Below are positions 48,213 to 60,710 of a stretch of DNA of 64,000 nt, in pieces. Every line of letters starts with the position of its first letter. Position 1 is the first letter of the stretch. The translations under genes and the position numbers were made by a program. This stretch comes from Callorhinchus milii. Its lineage: Eukaryota. The stretch is taken from NCBI RefSeq assembly GCF_018977255.1, contig NW_024704746.1, positions 68,138,001-68,202,000 of the forward strand, given 5' to 3'. Under the pieces are notes generated by a model, which did no database searches, was not told the origin of the DNA, and was given only the letters and a program-made list of their open reading frames with translations.

Positions 48213-51200
48213 GTATGTATCATTGCCTTTCTCTTCAAATTAACTCGGAATGATCCAGGTTAGTTTCAACCCCGACTTGGGAATATGGAGAAAACAATTT
48301 CTTTAGATAAGACAAACTTCATATTGGGATGTTCAATACTAGCTACAGAGTGGTGAGTAAGGGCTTAAAAATCCACGACTTTCGGATGTCAAATGACTAA
48401 CTGTGCTGTGTCCTGTGCTGCCGTAGTCTTCAGACTATCTCTGTTTGCTCTGTGTTAAATTCCCTCCTGCCTCATCATTCTGGTCACCTTCTTCACATTT
48501 GTGAGATTCATTCCTGGTTCACATCACTCCATGCCCCAAACACTCCCTTTCATTCTCTCAGAATCTCTTCAGTTCACCTTGCTTCTTCATTTCATACCCC
48601 TTACATGACCCAGACCCACCGAGGATCTCGCCTCCTTAAATACCAAGGATGAGTGGATACAGCTGTCCAGAAAGATTGGAAAGGTAGCAGTTAGTTCAGA
48701 AGAAACCCAATAAAGGGGTTTAAAGATTATGAAAGGATTCTATATAGTCCTTTTCCATGTGTTTGTGAGTTCAAATGTAATCCAAATATATGTAGGATAG
48801 TATATAAATATACAGTTAGTAACAGATCTACAATAACAATTGGTCACCATAGCATGAGGCAGCTACCCAGGTCCTAGAGGCAGTGCAGAGGAAAGCAATA
48901 AGGATGACTGCCAATAATAATATAACGATAATCCTTGCACTTGATACAGTGCCTTATCACATCGCTGAGACGTCTCAAAGCACTTCACTGAACATACTGT
49001 AAAGTGAATTGACTGTGTATTTTGTGGGCAAAACGCGGCAGCCAATAGCACACAGCAGTTTCCAAAAACAGTTGTTTGTGAGAGGAATGAGAAGTGAGCA
49101 ACAATTAAACAAGCTTAGGGTCTTCAGTCTTGAGAGAAGATGATTCAGAGAGGAACTCAGTGATGTATAACATTTTAAAAGGGATTAAAAAAAAGTAAAC
49201 CCAGATCAAGACCAAAGAGCAAGAGGACATAGGTTTAGAGTTGGAAAGGGTCATTTCAGCACAGACACCAGGAATTATTTATTTAGAGAGAGGGTGTACA
49301 ACAACTGGTTGCCAGGAAAGGTGGTAAAGGCCAGGACACTGGACTCATTTAAAAGCATTTGTTGCAGTGCCAGGAGGGATGGTACGGTGGGTGTTCTGGA
49401 GCATTGAGATCAGAAGGGCTGAAGTGCCTTCTTCATTCAAACCAATCTTGTGATCTTGTATCACTCTATATATCAATGTAAGCCTATGACTATGTTTAGG
49501 GTGAGACAGGACTGTACGTAGGCAATGCTCAAAAGCAGCCAGTATCAGATGAAGACTGGGGTGTAGGTTTTGAAGCAAATCTGAGGGTCAAAGAAAATAT
49601 CAAGTTTCCACCGAATAAATAACAATTGGTTACTTATAAGTTTGATCTTTGCTTTGTGAAACTGACAATAAAGCTTTCTTTTGTTTCAGTGACGAACTCC
49701 TCAGATATCACAATGTTAACAACCAAGAATCCAATGATAACAGCATCATTTCCGGGCTCTCAATTCGGTGTGTATGTTTTCTTACCGTCTCTTTGATTTC
49801 ATTACATATTATAAATAATAATCCTTACATTTAAATACCAATAAATATAATAATCCTACATCCAGCACATACCTACTTTCATATAATGTCTTTCATATTG
49901 GGAGGATGTCATAAAGCGCTTCTCATCAGCAGTGAACTAGAGAGCACTGCGGAAGGTTGACTTGATTCTGACATTCTTTGCCAAGTTCCAAGGAGACCCC
50001 AATTACCTCCCCCTAAGGAGGATAGTCACCAGTTAGTCATTTGACATCTGACAATCGTGGGTTTTTGAGCCCTTACTCACCACTCTGTAGCTAATATCAA
50101 ACATCCCAAAGTGAAGCTTGTCTTATCTAAAGAAAACTAATCCTTTTGTTTTCTTCAGATTACCAAGTTGAGGTTGAAACTAACCTGGACCTTTCCGAGT
50201 TACTGTTGGAAAAAACAAATTCTGATATTTCCAAAGGACTGGAGATAGTGGATGATGTCCTAAATATTGGTGATAAGATAACTCAGGTCTCTCAGATTGA
50301 ACTACTGAGCAAACAAACAAAACTGCTGAAGTTTGCTTCTGGTTTAGGAAATGTTCTATCGGTACTCAATGTTTTTGGTGCTGTGGCCAGTTTTATTTTC
50401 TCCTTCTTGTTGCCAAGTGACCTGGAGATTATTAATAAGAGATTTGATGAGGTTAACCGAAAGTTGGACAGCATCTCTAACAAACTTACCCAAATGGAAA
50501 CCAGTATCAAAACATCCATAGCATTCCATACCTTCCTTACAACCTACATCCAGTGGGAATACGCCATCAGGAATGGAGCAGAGAAACTGCAAGCTATCAG
50601 AGAGGAAATGGGAAAAACACGAGATGAAAGGAAGCAGATGATCCTGGCTTTAGATTACGTGACCTACTACAATGACAATCAATTGGAGGCAAGCACGCTC
50701 AACATGTATCGTATAACAGTTACAGCAAACAGCGCAACTAACAGGAACCTGTTTGATCTCTTCATTGAGGAACACTCTTGTGATATTAATGAATTATCAG
50801 GTACAGAATCTCCTTGTCATTCTTTGGTGTCAGTGCAGTAACTAATTTAAATCCAACTAGAATTGCATGTGAGACAGTTTTGTTTAAAATGTAATATTAA
50901 TAATATTTGTTATGGTCTGGAATGCACTGCCTGAAGGGATGGAGGAAGCAGATTTGATAATAGCATTTAAAATGGAATTGGATAGGTACCTAAAAAGGAA
51001 ATAAGTGCAGGGCGATGGGGTAAGAGCGGGGCAGTGGGACTAGTTGGTAGCTCTTTCAAAGAGCCGGTTCAGGCACCATGGGCTACATGGCCTCCTTTTG
51101 TGCTGTAAGATTTTATGATTCTATTCTATGAGTCCTTACATTCAGGAGGACGTTCCAAAGAACTTCTCTGTAAAGTGGAGTGAGCTAATGCAGCAGCTAA

Positions 51201-53994
51201 TTTGTGCACAACAATGTCCCGCAAACAGCCAACTAATAGTCAATTTTATCTGAGGGACTGTTGGCCAGGAAACCATAACAGAGAAACTATCTTCTTTTCG
51301 AATCGTGTCATGGGATTATTAACATCTAAATGAACACGCAGGCAGGGCCTTGGTCTAATGTCTTAAACAATGGACAGCACCTCCAACAATGTACCCCCTA
51401 CCCCCCAGTCCTGCGTTCGAATGTCCGCAGAGGTAATATAAGATCCCAGTCCCAACATGGGGCTTGAACCCACAACCTTCTGACTCACAGGCGGGAGTGC
51501 GACTGACTGAGGCAGCTTAACAAACAAAGATCACAGAATTGTGGAATCTTCTTAAATTTGAGACTTTAAAAAAAATCCTAATTAAGACTTTTCCTTCCCT
51601 TTTCCAGGTTTAATGATCATTCTGAAAGGTCTGATGTTGAGTGCTGCTCAGCAAACACTGACTTATCACTATTTCAAGGGTAACGATGCTTTAGCCAAAA
51701 GCTCACATGAACGCGTGATAAACTACCTCTTTGAAATGCGCCAAGAATTTGAAAAACGTGTCTATTATTGCAAGGAGCACTCAATTGAAAATGCAAGGAA
51801 GGAAGTTGAGAAGATACTGACGGCCATTAACACACCATTACCTGATATAGTGGTGCCAGTCATATCCCAAAGACTGACTCGCCTGTATCCCTGGTACGCC
51901 TGGGCAGTTGCTGAATTTAAGGAAATTGGCGATAAAACATGTGATTCACATCTGGAAAGAAAAGGTTCAAACTATTTCTTGGTTCAGAACTATGGCGAGC
52001 ACCAAAAGAACATCATTGTTGCTTGGCAGGATGTCAATGAACACTTGAGCTGCACTGATGTTTCACATGTTAGAACCCTAGTCCCCTATCAGCGCTGCGC
52101 TAAGTGTTCCGATGAACATGTCAAAGCTTCAGAGGATATACTGACCCAAAAACGCTGTCCGGACAAAATGAAATGCCAGCTGCCTCATTATATCAAACTC
52201 CCGGTCTGGGACTGGCTTGGAGTCCATGTTGAGGCACAGAGAGATCTGTGTAGTCAGCCAATGGCCTGCAATGGGCACGGGGGCTGTAACCTGATCCCAC
52301 ACACCAACCAGTTCATGTGTATCTGTCATCCGATGTACGAAGGTGAGACATGTGAGAAAGAAATCACTTTAAACAATGAGATTTTAAGCCATTTGTCCAC
52401 TCTGCGTTCAGAGTTCATGGCTGCTAATGGGATACCTAATGTCGTAGACATTTATTTTGAATTACAGAATGTCGCTAAAGGATTGCAAGCTACTATGGGC
52501 AATATTGTAGATGCCATCACACACACACAGTCCTTGGTTAAACATTCAGAAATTCTGTATGAAACCAGCTATATTGCTGAGCTTTACACTGATTTACAGC
52601 AAGGAAACAAGAGTTTCAACACATTTGGAGAATTAATGGAAGAATTTCTAGCGATTAATTCCGAATACTATATTCTCTACAGATTGAAAGGCATTTTGCT
52701 TGGTGAAGGGATCGGGGACTTAGAAGAAGGAGATGATTTTTTTAACACATTCAAGAAAAACTATGTGTCTAACCACAACAATCCCTGTTCTAAAATGTAT
52801 GCCACTGATGTAGGCAATTTGAAAAAAAAACTGGTTTTTCTTGATGAGGCAATTGGTGAAGCTTTGTTAATGTACAAACAGTGGAGCATTGACAAGGGTG
52901 ACAAATCTGTAATTGTCAGTCTTGATGCATTTTCTGAGGATTTCAGGACCAGGCAAAGTAAATATCATGCCTATTGGAATAGGACGAGTTGTCCGAGTTT
53001 ATCGGTTCCAGATTTAGTCCCAAGTTACTGTGATAAACAGCTCAGTTATGAAAATATGAAGGTCAGCCTCAAGTGTTTAGATCACAAATCCCCATCTCAT
53101 AAGACAATAGAGTGCGTCAGGAGAAATGGTCAGCTGGTGTGGAGTGTGACACCGACCTGCAATTACCAATGGGCTGACTGGGGAAGTTGGAGTGCCTGTT
53201 CTGTTACCTGTGATGGGGGGAGGAGGAGTCGTACACGTGAATGTATTGGGCACAAGGCAAGTCTTTGTGGCTCAGAATCAAGACAGGAAGAGACCTGCAA
53301 TACTGTACAATGCTGTTTGCCAAAGCATGGAAAGTACCAGTGTGGAAACGGGAGATGTATCTCTGCATCTTCACTGTGTGATGGGAAAGATGACTGTGGT
53401 AATGGAGAGGATGAGTCCAAATTAAAGTGTCCTCATTATATCCGGAACGGCGACACCATAGCTCTCAAATCCTCTTGTACAGTTGACAACTGGCTGAGCA
53501 GTGAGAGGGATCATTGCAGGGTTAGACCTTGCCCAGGGACTGAAATGGAAGATTATGATTGGAATAATTGCCGTAATGAGGTGTTTGTCATAAAAGCAGG
53601 AAGAAGAAGTGGTGATTCTCCTATTTATTATGGTGATGAAATTGCTATGTACTCTAATAAAGTGAGTCTCTGGGTAGCTTGCAGCCCTAGAGGAGGCTGG
53701 TGCGACTCTCGCCCTTGCCCAGGAAATGTTGATGGAAGGAATTTGCAAAACTGTGGTTTTGAACAGTTTCATATCTTTTCCTCTGCAAGAAGGGGTGTGT
53801 GTTCCTTAGACACTTACTCTGGATGCATAGGGAAACCTATTCAGCACGGAGACACTGTATTCATTCGGGCCAATTCTGATCGAAAATATTGGCTCAGTGA
53901 CGATGGGAAATGGGTAAGAACAAGGCCGTGTCCTGGGCGATATCTTCCTGAAAATTGTCGTTGTGAGAAGTGGAGGATCTCCAAAAGAATGTAG
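48137..53994 (+). CDS. SE-cephalotoxin-like secreted protein, 1060 aa; join(48137-48212,49690-49767,50159-50800,51608-53994)
   Basis: Four exons, all phase-1 introns, 3183 bp with no internal stop. Signal peptide, helical/coiled-coil N-terminus, EGF (52237-52356), Sushi-like (52990-53160), TSP1 (53167-53313), LDL-A (53314-53430), 3x repeat C-terminus. Size and domain order match Sepia SE-cephalotoxin as I recall it (about 1050 aa; EGF-CCP-TSP1-LDLa). Confidence 0.88.
49690..49767 (+). CDS. Cephalotoxin-like exon 2
   Basis: tttgtttcag|, 78 bp, phase 1-1, weak donor gtgtgt. Confidence 0.65.
50159..50800 (+). CDS. Cephalotoxin-like exon 3 (hydrophobic helix + coiled coil)
   Basis: ttcttcag|..|gtacag, 642 bp; within track ORF 50146..50841. 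Confidence 0.9.
51608..53994 (+). CDS. Cephalotoxin-like terminal exon (EGF, CCP, TSP1, LDLa, 3x repeat)
   Basis: ttttccag|, 2387 bp open to TAG; track ORF 51613..53994. Confidence 0.95.
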
Positions 53995-56226
53995 GATAAG
54001 AGAGTTGCGTTTCAACGCTTGGTGGTGGTGTTTTACTGTAGAATTTAATCCAATTAATCAATACAAATCATTGTCAGGCTGCACGTGATTATATATTCAA
54101 ACATCTTAGAAACTCACTTTATGGTTCACTGGTCCCGGGATAGTGATGCAAAGTAGCCCTGAGAGGGAGAAAAGCCAAGAAAATCCCACAACAATATATC
54201 AGGATGCTACCAGCCATCATCCTCATGGGTATGTGTTTGTGTGAACGGCATCAGGCTCAGAATAGGGCACTAACTTTATTGAATACTACATAGAGTTAAA
54301 CAGATACAAAATCTGGATCTAATCCCAATCAGTGTAGAGAACATTGTCTATAGGTTTATAATTGCGTAACCTAATCAACAACAACTTGCTTTGTAATAAT
54401 TTTTACTGAACAAGGCACAAAAAAACTCTATTTCAGCTTTTTAATGATTAAATTTAATTGCGACGTTAAACATATCCACAGCGAAAACTGGTGTTCGATA
54501 TTGACTGTAATGATTGACTGACTTACTGATGATGATGATGAAATATTGATTCATTTACAGATTTGTGTCTCTTCACTATGTAAATAGTGAGTGTGATTTT
54601 GTGGGGGGTGGGCTTGGGTAATGGGGCAACAGATAGCTAAAGGGCACTCAGTGATGTTGATACTGACAAGTTCATCCATGAATTTATTGCTGTCTCCCTT
54701 TTTTGGCTGTTCTGTGTACCAAGCAAATGTAAAAATTATAATGAAAGATTAAAAAGTAATGAAACTTTACCTTGAGCAAACAAAGAGTCAGGTTTTATTT
54801 GCAGCATAAAATATTTTTTTTCTTCCCCTTTCAGTGTATCCTGTGAAGCACTTTGAGAAGTCACGACAACACAATAAGGTGCTGTATCACATGCAAAGAT
54901 TATTATTATTATTATTATAATCTGACCATGTGAAGCTCGATAAGTTCATGAGGGAGAAAGGATTAGAAGGTTGTGCTGATAGGGTTAGTTGAGGATGGGC
55001 TCATGTGGAGCATAAACACCAGCATAGACCAGTTGGGCTGAATGGCCTTTCGGTGCTGCATATTCTATGTAATTCTATGCAATTTGTATGCGCACACTGC
55101 TGAAACATGTGGGTAACATCTCCCTCAAAGGCCAACTCATGGCCTTCGGGGCTGTCAGGAGGCAAAGTAAACCCAGGACATACTTTAGGATGCACCAAGA
55201 CAGCAGAACAAGAGGACACGGGATCAGAGTTGTAAAGGACAGAAACCAGGAAGAGTTTTTTTACCCAGAGGGTAATTAACAACTGGAACTGGAGAGATAC
55301 AGGTACCGGGAAGGGTGGTTGATACCAGGCCCCGTCACTCTTCTAAAAAGCAGCTTGATGCTGTGACTGGGGATGGGTAGGGTGGGAGCTCTGGAGAGAT
55401 GAGGTCACATGGACTGAAGGGACTTTTTCATCCAAACCAATCATGATCTCTATTAACAGATGTCAATTAAATCCATGTGGCAAACATCCAGTTTTCAAGC
55501 CGGGAAATGTGGGCTGGAGAAAGCATTGTGTAATTGAGGAAGCGGTTTCCTGTCAGTGCGCTCTGTTGATGGAGAAATTTGTATTTGAAAAATGAACAGC
55601 CAGTGACACTGTAGAGGATGAGGCGCTGTCACCCAACAGGACCTTACACACTGTATTTTATGCCACGGTTAAGTTCAGCCTAAACAGAACCTACTTAATT
55701 AAGGTGCAATTGAAGAATTTTCCACAATTCTGCTCCACCTTAAATTTCAAGACAAAATGATACTACAGGTGAGACTAAGTGGAATTTTTTTTTCCATTTG
55801 TAGAGCGCCTTTCACGTCGGAGGACGTCCCAAGGCGCTGTACAGTTGGGTCAGGACCCGAGCAGTGGGGAAATGGTCAGGGTGAGGGGAGGGAAGGGAGG
55901 GAGCGAGGAGGGGGGAGATGGTCAGGGTGAGGGGAGGGAGGGAGGGAGCGAGGAGCGGGGAGATGGTCAGGGTGAGGGGAGGGAAGAGAGGGAGTGAGGA
56001 GGGGGTAGAGAGTCGAGAGTGGAGCTGAAGGCTGAAGGTCAAAGAGAAAGGTTTTGAGACCGGCCTTGAAGGAGGAAAGGGAGGAAGTGGCGAAGGCACT
56101 GGGGGATAGAGTTCCAGAGCCTCAGGGCTGAGAGACTGAAGGCCCGACCACCGATGCGGAGGCGCTAATGTGAGCCAATCAGGAGGGCCTCAGTTTTGCG
56201 CTCGTTGAACTGAAGAAAGTTGTCTC

Positions 56227-56925
56227 TCATCCAGGACTCGATGTCGGACAGACAGCCGTCAGGACATCAGGGGTCGTGGAGTTGAGGGTAGAGGAGGAAA
56301 GGTAGAGTTGGGTGTCATCCGCATACATGTGGAAGTTAACCCCATGTCTGCGGATGATGTCCCTGAGGGGGAGCGTATAGAGAGTGAAGAGGAGGGGACC
56401 GAGGACAGAACCCTGAGGGACACCGCACAAGACAGTGCGGGGGGTGGAGGAAAAGCCGTTTGTGGAAACAAAATGAAGACGGTGGGAGAGATACGACCTA
56501 AACCACTCAAGGACAGGGCCTTGAAGGTTGAGGTGGGAGCACAAGCGGTGGAGGAAAATAGAGTGGTCGACCATATCCAATGCAGCCGATAGGTCGAGGA
56601 CTAAGCACTTTCAGATGTCCAGAAGACGTCAAAAGGGCTATATCAAAGGCAAGGATTATTTATTATTATGAAGTTGAGGCGGTGTGAGAGGTATGATCTG
56701 AACCAGTCAACGATAGAGCCGTGGAGGCTGAGGTGAGAGGAGAGGCGGTGGATGAGGATAGATTGGTCCACGATGTCGAAGGCAGCAGAGAGGTCAAGGA
56801 GGCAGAGGGAGCCTTGGTCACAGATGGGCAGAATGTCATGTGTTACTTTGACCAGGGCTGTTTCTATGCTATGGGCGACACGGAAACCAGAAGGGAGTGG
56901 CGGGAGAGGAAGGAGCAAAGCCTGT
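56227..56925 (-). mobile_element. Two L2-clade LINE RT fragments
   Basis: [23 protein letters not shown]; LLDLSAAFD. Confidence 0.9.
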
Positions 56926-57135
56926 GAGCGCGTTTCATGTCAGGAGGACATCCCAAGGTGCTGAAAGTGCTCGATACTGCCTACCCCGACACCCCAACCA
57001 TCCACAATTCTACCAACCCCACAATTCTCCCCCACCCACAGACCCACACACCTATACCCCATTCCCCCCTCCACTTACCCCAAAACACACAGACACTGCA
57101 GAGGATTCACGTTGTTCGTTCCAGGTTTTGCTATT

Positions 57136-59782
57136 TTTATTTTATTTTGGACAGAGAGAAAATGCTGAAAGCTTTTTAAAATGTAGGTTGTTCTTTACCG
57201 ATGGGCTAACCACACCCATCGAACCGAGCAACGCAGACATACTAATAATACTAATAATACTACTAATAATAATCCCTCATGAAAAGACAATCAATTGGTC
57301 ACTTCAATCCACGACTAGAAGACGTGAATCAAATGCAAGGACTATTATTAATATTAATATTATTATTATTATACATATAACTAAAAAACCAAAAGTAAAA
57401 AACATATAGTATTCATATCAGTATCAGTTTCAGTAAAGTTAAGTATCAGTGTTGTTTTTCACAATTCAGTAAGTTTAGGTACATTATTATGTCGGTTGTC
57501 TGTTTCTGTTACTTTCAATGGTTAGCTGTTTCGGTACTTCTTCAGAACATTCCTTTCAATCTATTCCATACAAGAGAGGCTGCTACTTATTTCTCAATCA
57601 CTCATCTTCAGTACTTTGTCTTTGGTGGACTCCGTTCTCCATCCGCAGAGAAAGTACGCCTTACGCACCAGCACCAAAGGCACCGGTGTCCCTGCTTTGG
57701 AGGCAGGAATGCTCCTCCCTCCTCCTATCAACAAAACACACAGGAGGATTGCAAAATAATAATATTTCTTGCATTTGATACAGTGCCTTATCACATTGTT
57801 GAGACGTCTCAAAGCGTTTCATAGGATATACTGTGAAGTGGATTGATTGCGCTTTGTGGGTGAAACGCGACAGACAATTTGCGCACAGCCATGTCCCACA
57901 AACGGTTGTCGGTTGAGTGGCCAATTTTTTTGTGGGGGACGGAATTATTACCCCCAGAAAACAAATCGACTAACAACCGGGCTCCTACTTACTGCTGGGC
58001 AAATAGAGGCGTGTGGAGTAAGGAAACCAAACATGACGGGGAAAGAGCAAAGGAATGGGATTGGAGTAGAGAGCTACAGTGGGGAGTGAGCACCAGCACA
58101 GACCATGAAGGTTCCATTGCCTCTCCTTGTTGTAAAGGACCTGTGATAAATAGTACTCACCATATGAGATAACTACTGCAAGCAAGGAAAGTGGGGATCA
58201 CCCAACGGCATCCCTGTGAAAAGAGGATAAAACAACCGATAACGTTTCTATGGTCAGTAACATGATTTAACAATAATAATAATCCTTGGATTTGATATAG
58301 CGCCTTATCACATCTTCAAGACATCTCAAAACGCTTCATGGAATATATTGTAAAGTAAATTGACTGTATATTTTGTAGGCGAAATACAGCCAATTGCACA
58401 CAGCAGTGTCCCACAAACAGTCGTGGATTGAGTCACCAAATGATTATTATTATTTATTTTTTGAACTGATTATTGCCCCTGGAAAAGAGATCCGTCAATC
58501 GACTAACAACTGGGTTCCTACTTTCTTCTGGGTAAACAGAGACTTGTGGATTAAGAAAACTTGCCTAAATGTTTGCCCTGTGGAGTCCTGTAGCTCAGTG
58601 GTTAGAGCACTCGCTTTGCAAGTGAGAGACCCGAGTTCAATTCCAGGCAGAGGGCGAAACCTTGGGCACGTTTCCTTACTCCACACAGAGCCTAATAATA
58701 ATCCCTCCAAAAAAAAACCAAAACAATAATTAAATTGGTCATTTTCAATCTACGACTGTTTGTGGGACATCGCTGTGCGCAATTGGCTGCCGCGTTCGCC
58801 CACAAATATACAGTCAATTCACTTTACAGTGTGTACTGTGAAGCGCTTTGGGACGTCCTCCCGACGTGAAAAGCGCTATATCAAATGCAAGGATTATTAT
58901 TATTATTATTATTATTCCCTCTCGCTTGGGAGGGAAGTGCTCTAACCATTAAGAAACAATTGAGTAGAAAACACATTACATAATGGTAGTAACATGTGGG
59001 ACTTGCATGTGGGAAATGTACCAGAGCAGTCTTGAACTCAGATGAATAACATCTAATTCACCATAAAATCATAAGAGGTTCCGATCAGGGAGGCCTTTCA
59101 GTAATTCGATCCCTGACCTGATGTCCTCCCATTACAGCGTAATCCGTTCCCTACACTAGTCCCAATATCCTAACCTCAGCCATCTTTTCTGGTAACCCAA
59201 TTAAAATCATGGCTTTAGTATGTTTTCCTAATGTTCCCAGAGGGAATGAGAGAGGGAGAGCAAGTGAGGGAGCAAAGGAGAGAGTGCGAGTGAGTGAGGG
59301 AGAGAACGATGCAGAGAGCAAGGGAGAGTGAGACAGTGAGTGAGAAAGGGAGAGTTAGTAAGAGGGAGAGAGAGCAAGGGAGAGAGGGAATAGCAAGGGA
59401 GAGAGCAAGCGAGAGAATGAAGCAGTAAAGCCAGGCCATTAGTAAAGTTTCACCCACAAATACAGTCGATTCACTTTACACTCTGTGAAGCGCTTTGAAA
59501 CGTCTTTAACGACGTGATAAGGCGCTACATCAAATGTAATGATTATTATTATTAAGTACAAGAAATGATAGCGCAACAGGTCAGAGAGGGAGAATCAAAA
59601 AAAGAAGCAAAGGAGAGAGGAGTGCAAAATACACAAAGGAGAGAAAGTTAAAGCTCAGGCAATAATGAACAGAGAGAGAGAGAGAGAAAGAGTGATTCGG
59701 GGCATAAACAAGTCGATCGTCAGCCTTACCTCAGAAAGGATAGAGCAGAAAGGAAGAGCACGGCCGAGAGCAGCCTCTTATA
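57136..59782 (-). ncRNA. Predicted spliced noncoding or pseudogenised transcript, copy 1 (exon ends 59730; 58213-58161; 57724 to polyA about 57136)
   Basis: ISRE-like 59843-59852, TATAAG 59782-59777, donor gtaagg, 53-bp internal exon, acceptor ttgttgatag, AATAAA x2; no ATG-led ORF conserved. Confidence 0.4.
58582..58913 (+). mobile_element. Internally deleted SINE subfamily copy
   Basis: Head joined to ctccacacagagcctaataataatccc; lacks the central segment of the main family. Confidence 0.85.
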
Positions 59783-60694
59783 GAGCACAGTCTGGCACTG
59801 CCCCAGACGTAACACTACGTTTCAGTCACCCGTCAGAAATGTGAAACGAAACCGATACTCAGCAGCAATGTAAAGGGAATTGAAGCTCCAAGGAGTGCCC
59901 ACACCACAGCAGCTGGTTGTTCTGAGCGTGCAAACCCCACAAACAAACGTGTCAGTTCAGAAAGATCAAACACTTTGTGGTCCATACAAGTGTTCTGCTT
60001 ACAAGCAGGTTAACAATTCAATGCTTAATAAAAACAAAGGGATTGAGTACCGATGATGCACAAGAACTAAGAATTGCTCGACGAAAGAAGACCAGAGTCC
60101 ACCCAGTTCGCCTTCCACCATCCTAGCAATCGGATGTTGTGTCCCGAACTATATACAATAACCCAAGATATTACTTCCTATAAACTTCACACAGATGCTA
60201 GCGTTTCTTTCTCTTTAGATCCTGAATTGTCCTGTTGGTGGATTTTCATTCCACCTTTGCTTTGTTTCGGTCAGTTTTATGAGAAGGGAATGGAATGCCA
60301 GAGCGAGGGGAAGAATACAGTTTGGTTCGCGACTTATCTCCATTGCTCCTTTGACTCTTAATGTTGGATACTCCGATTGTCAGGCGTGAAATCAGGAATT
60401 TTTCACGCAATGGGTAGTGGAGATCTGGAGCTCTCTCCCCAAAAAGGCTGTGGATGCTGGACGCATTCAAATTTTCAAGACTGAGGTGGATAGATTTCTG
60501 TTCGGCTATCAACGGGATATAGGGTGTTGAGGTACAGAGCAGCCATGATCTAATAGAATGGTGTAACAGGCTTGAGGGGCTTGTCCAGCTGGATTAACAG
60601 GAGCTGAGTGTGAGGATTTGAAGAGTCAGCGCAGAGGGAGAGAGAGAGGGGTGGGAGACGGCGTTCGCAGCATTATTCATCAGGTCAGAAATGT

Positions 60695-60710
60695 GAAACG
60701 AAACTGAAAC
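60695..60710 (+). promoter_or_regulatory. Triple IRF/ISRE element GAAACGAAACTGAAAC
   Basis: Contains the GAAA-NN-GAAA core; homologous context (gtcagaaatgtgaaacgaaac) to 59833-59853. Confidence 0.5.

Larger units (their letters stand above)
57000..59960. repeat. Segmental duplication, copy 1 (partner about 61740-63800)
   Basis: Colinear homology; 57705-58296 is almost identical to 62284-62875; duplicate ORFs in the track. Confidence 0.95.

Noticed and set aside
52129-54015. Antisense and alternate-frame ORFs inside the toxin exon
   Set aside because: Shadows of the 793-aa reading frame
56897-57409. 170-aa ORF, and related 61593..62018
   Set aside because: Low-complexity and SINE-derived; frames not conserved between the duplicates
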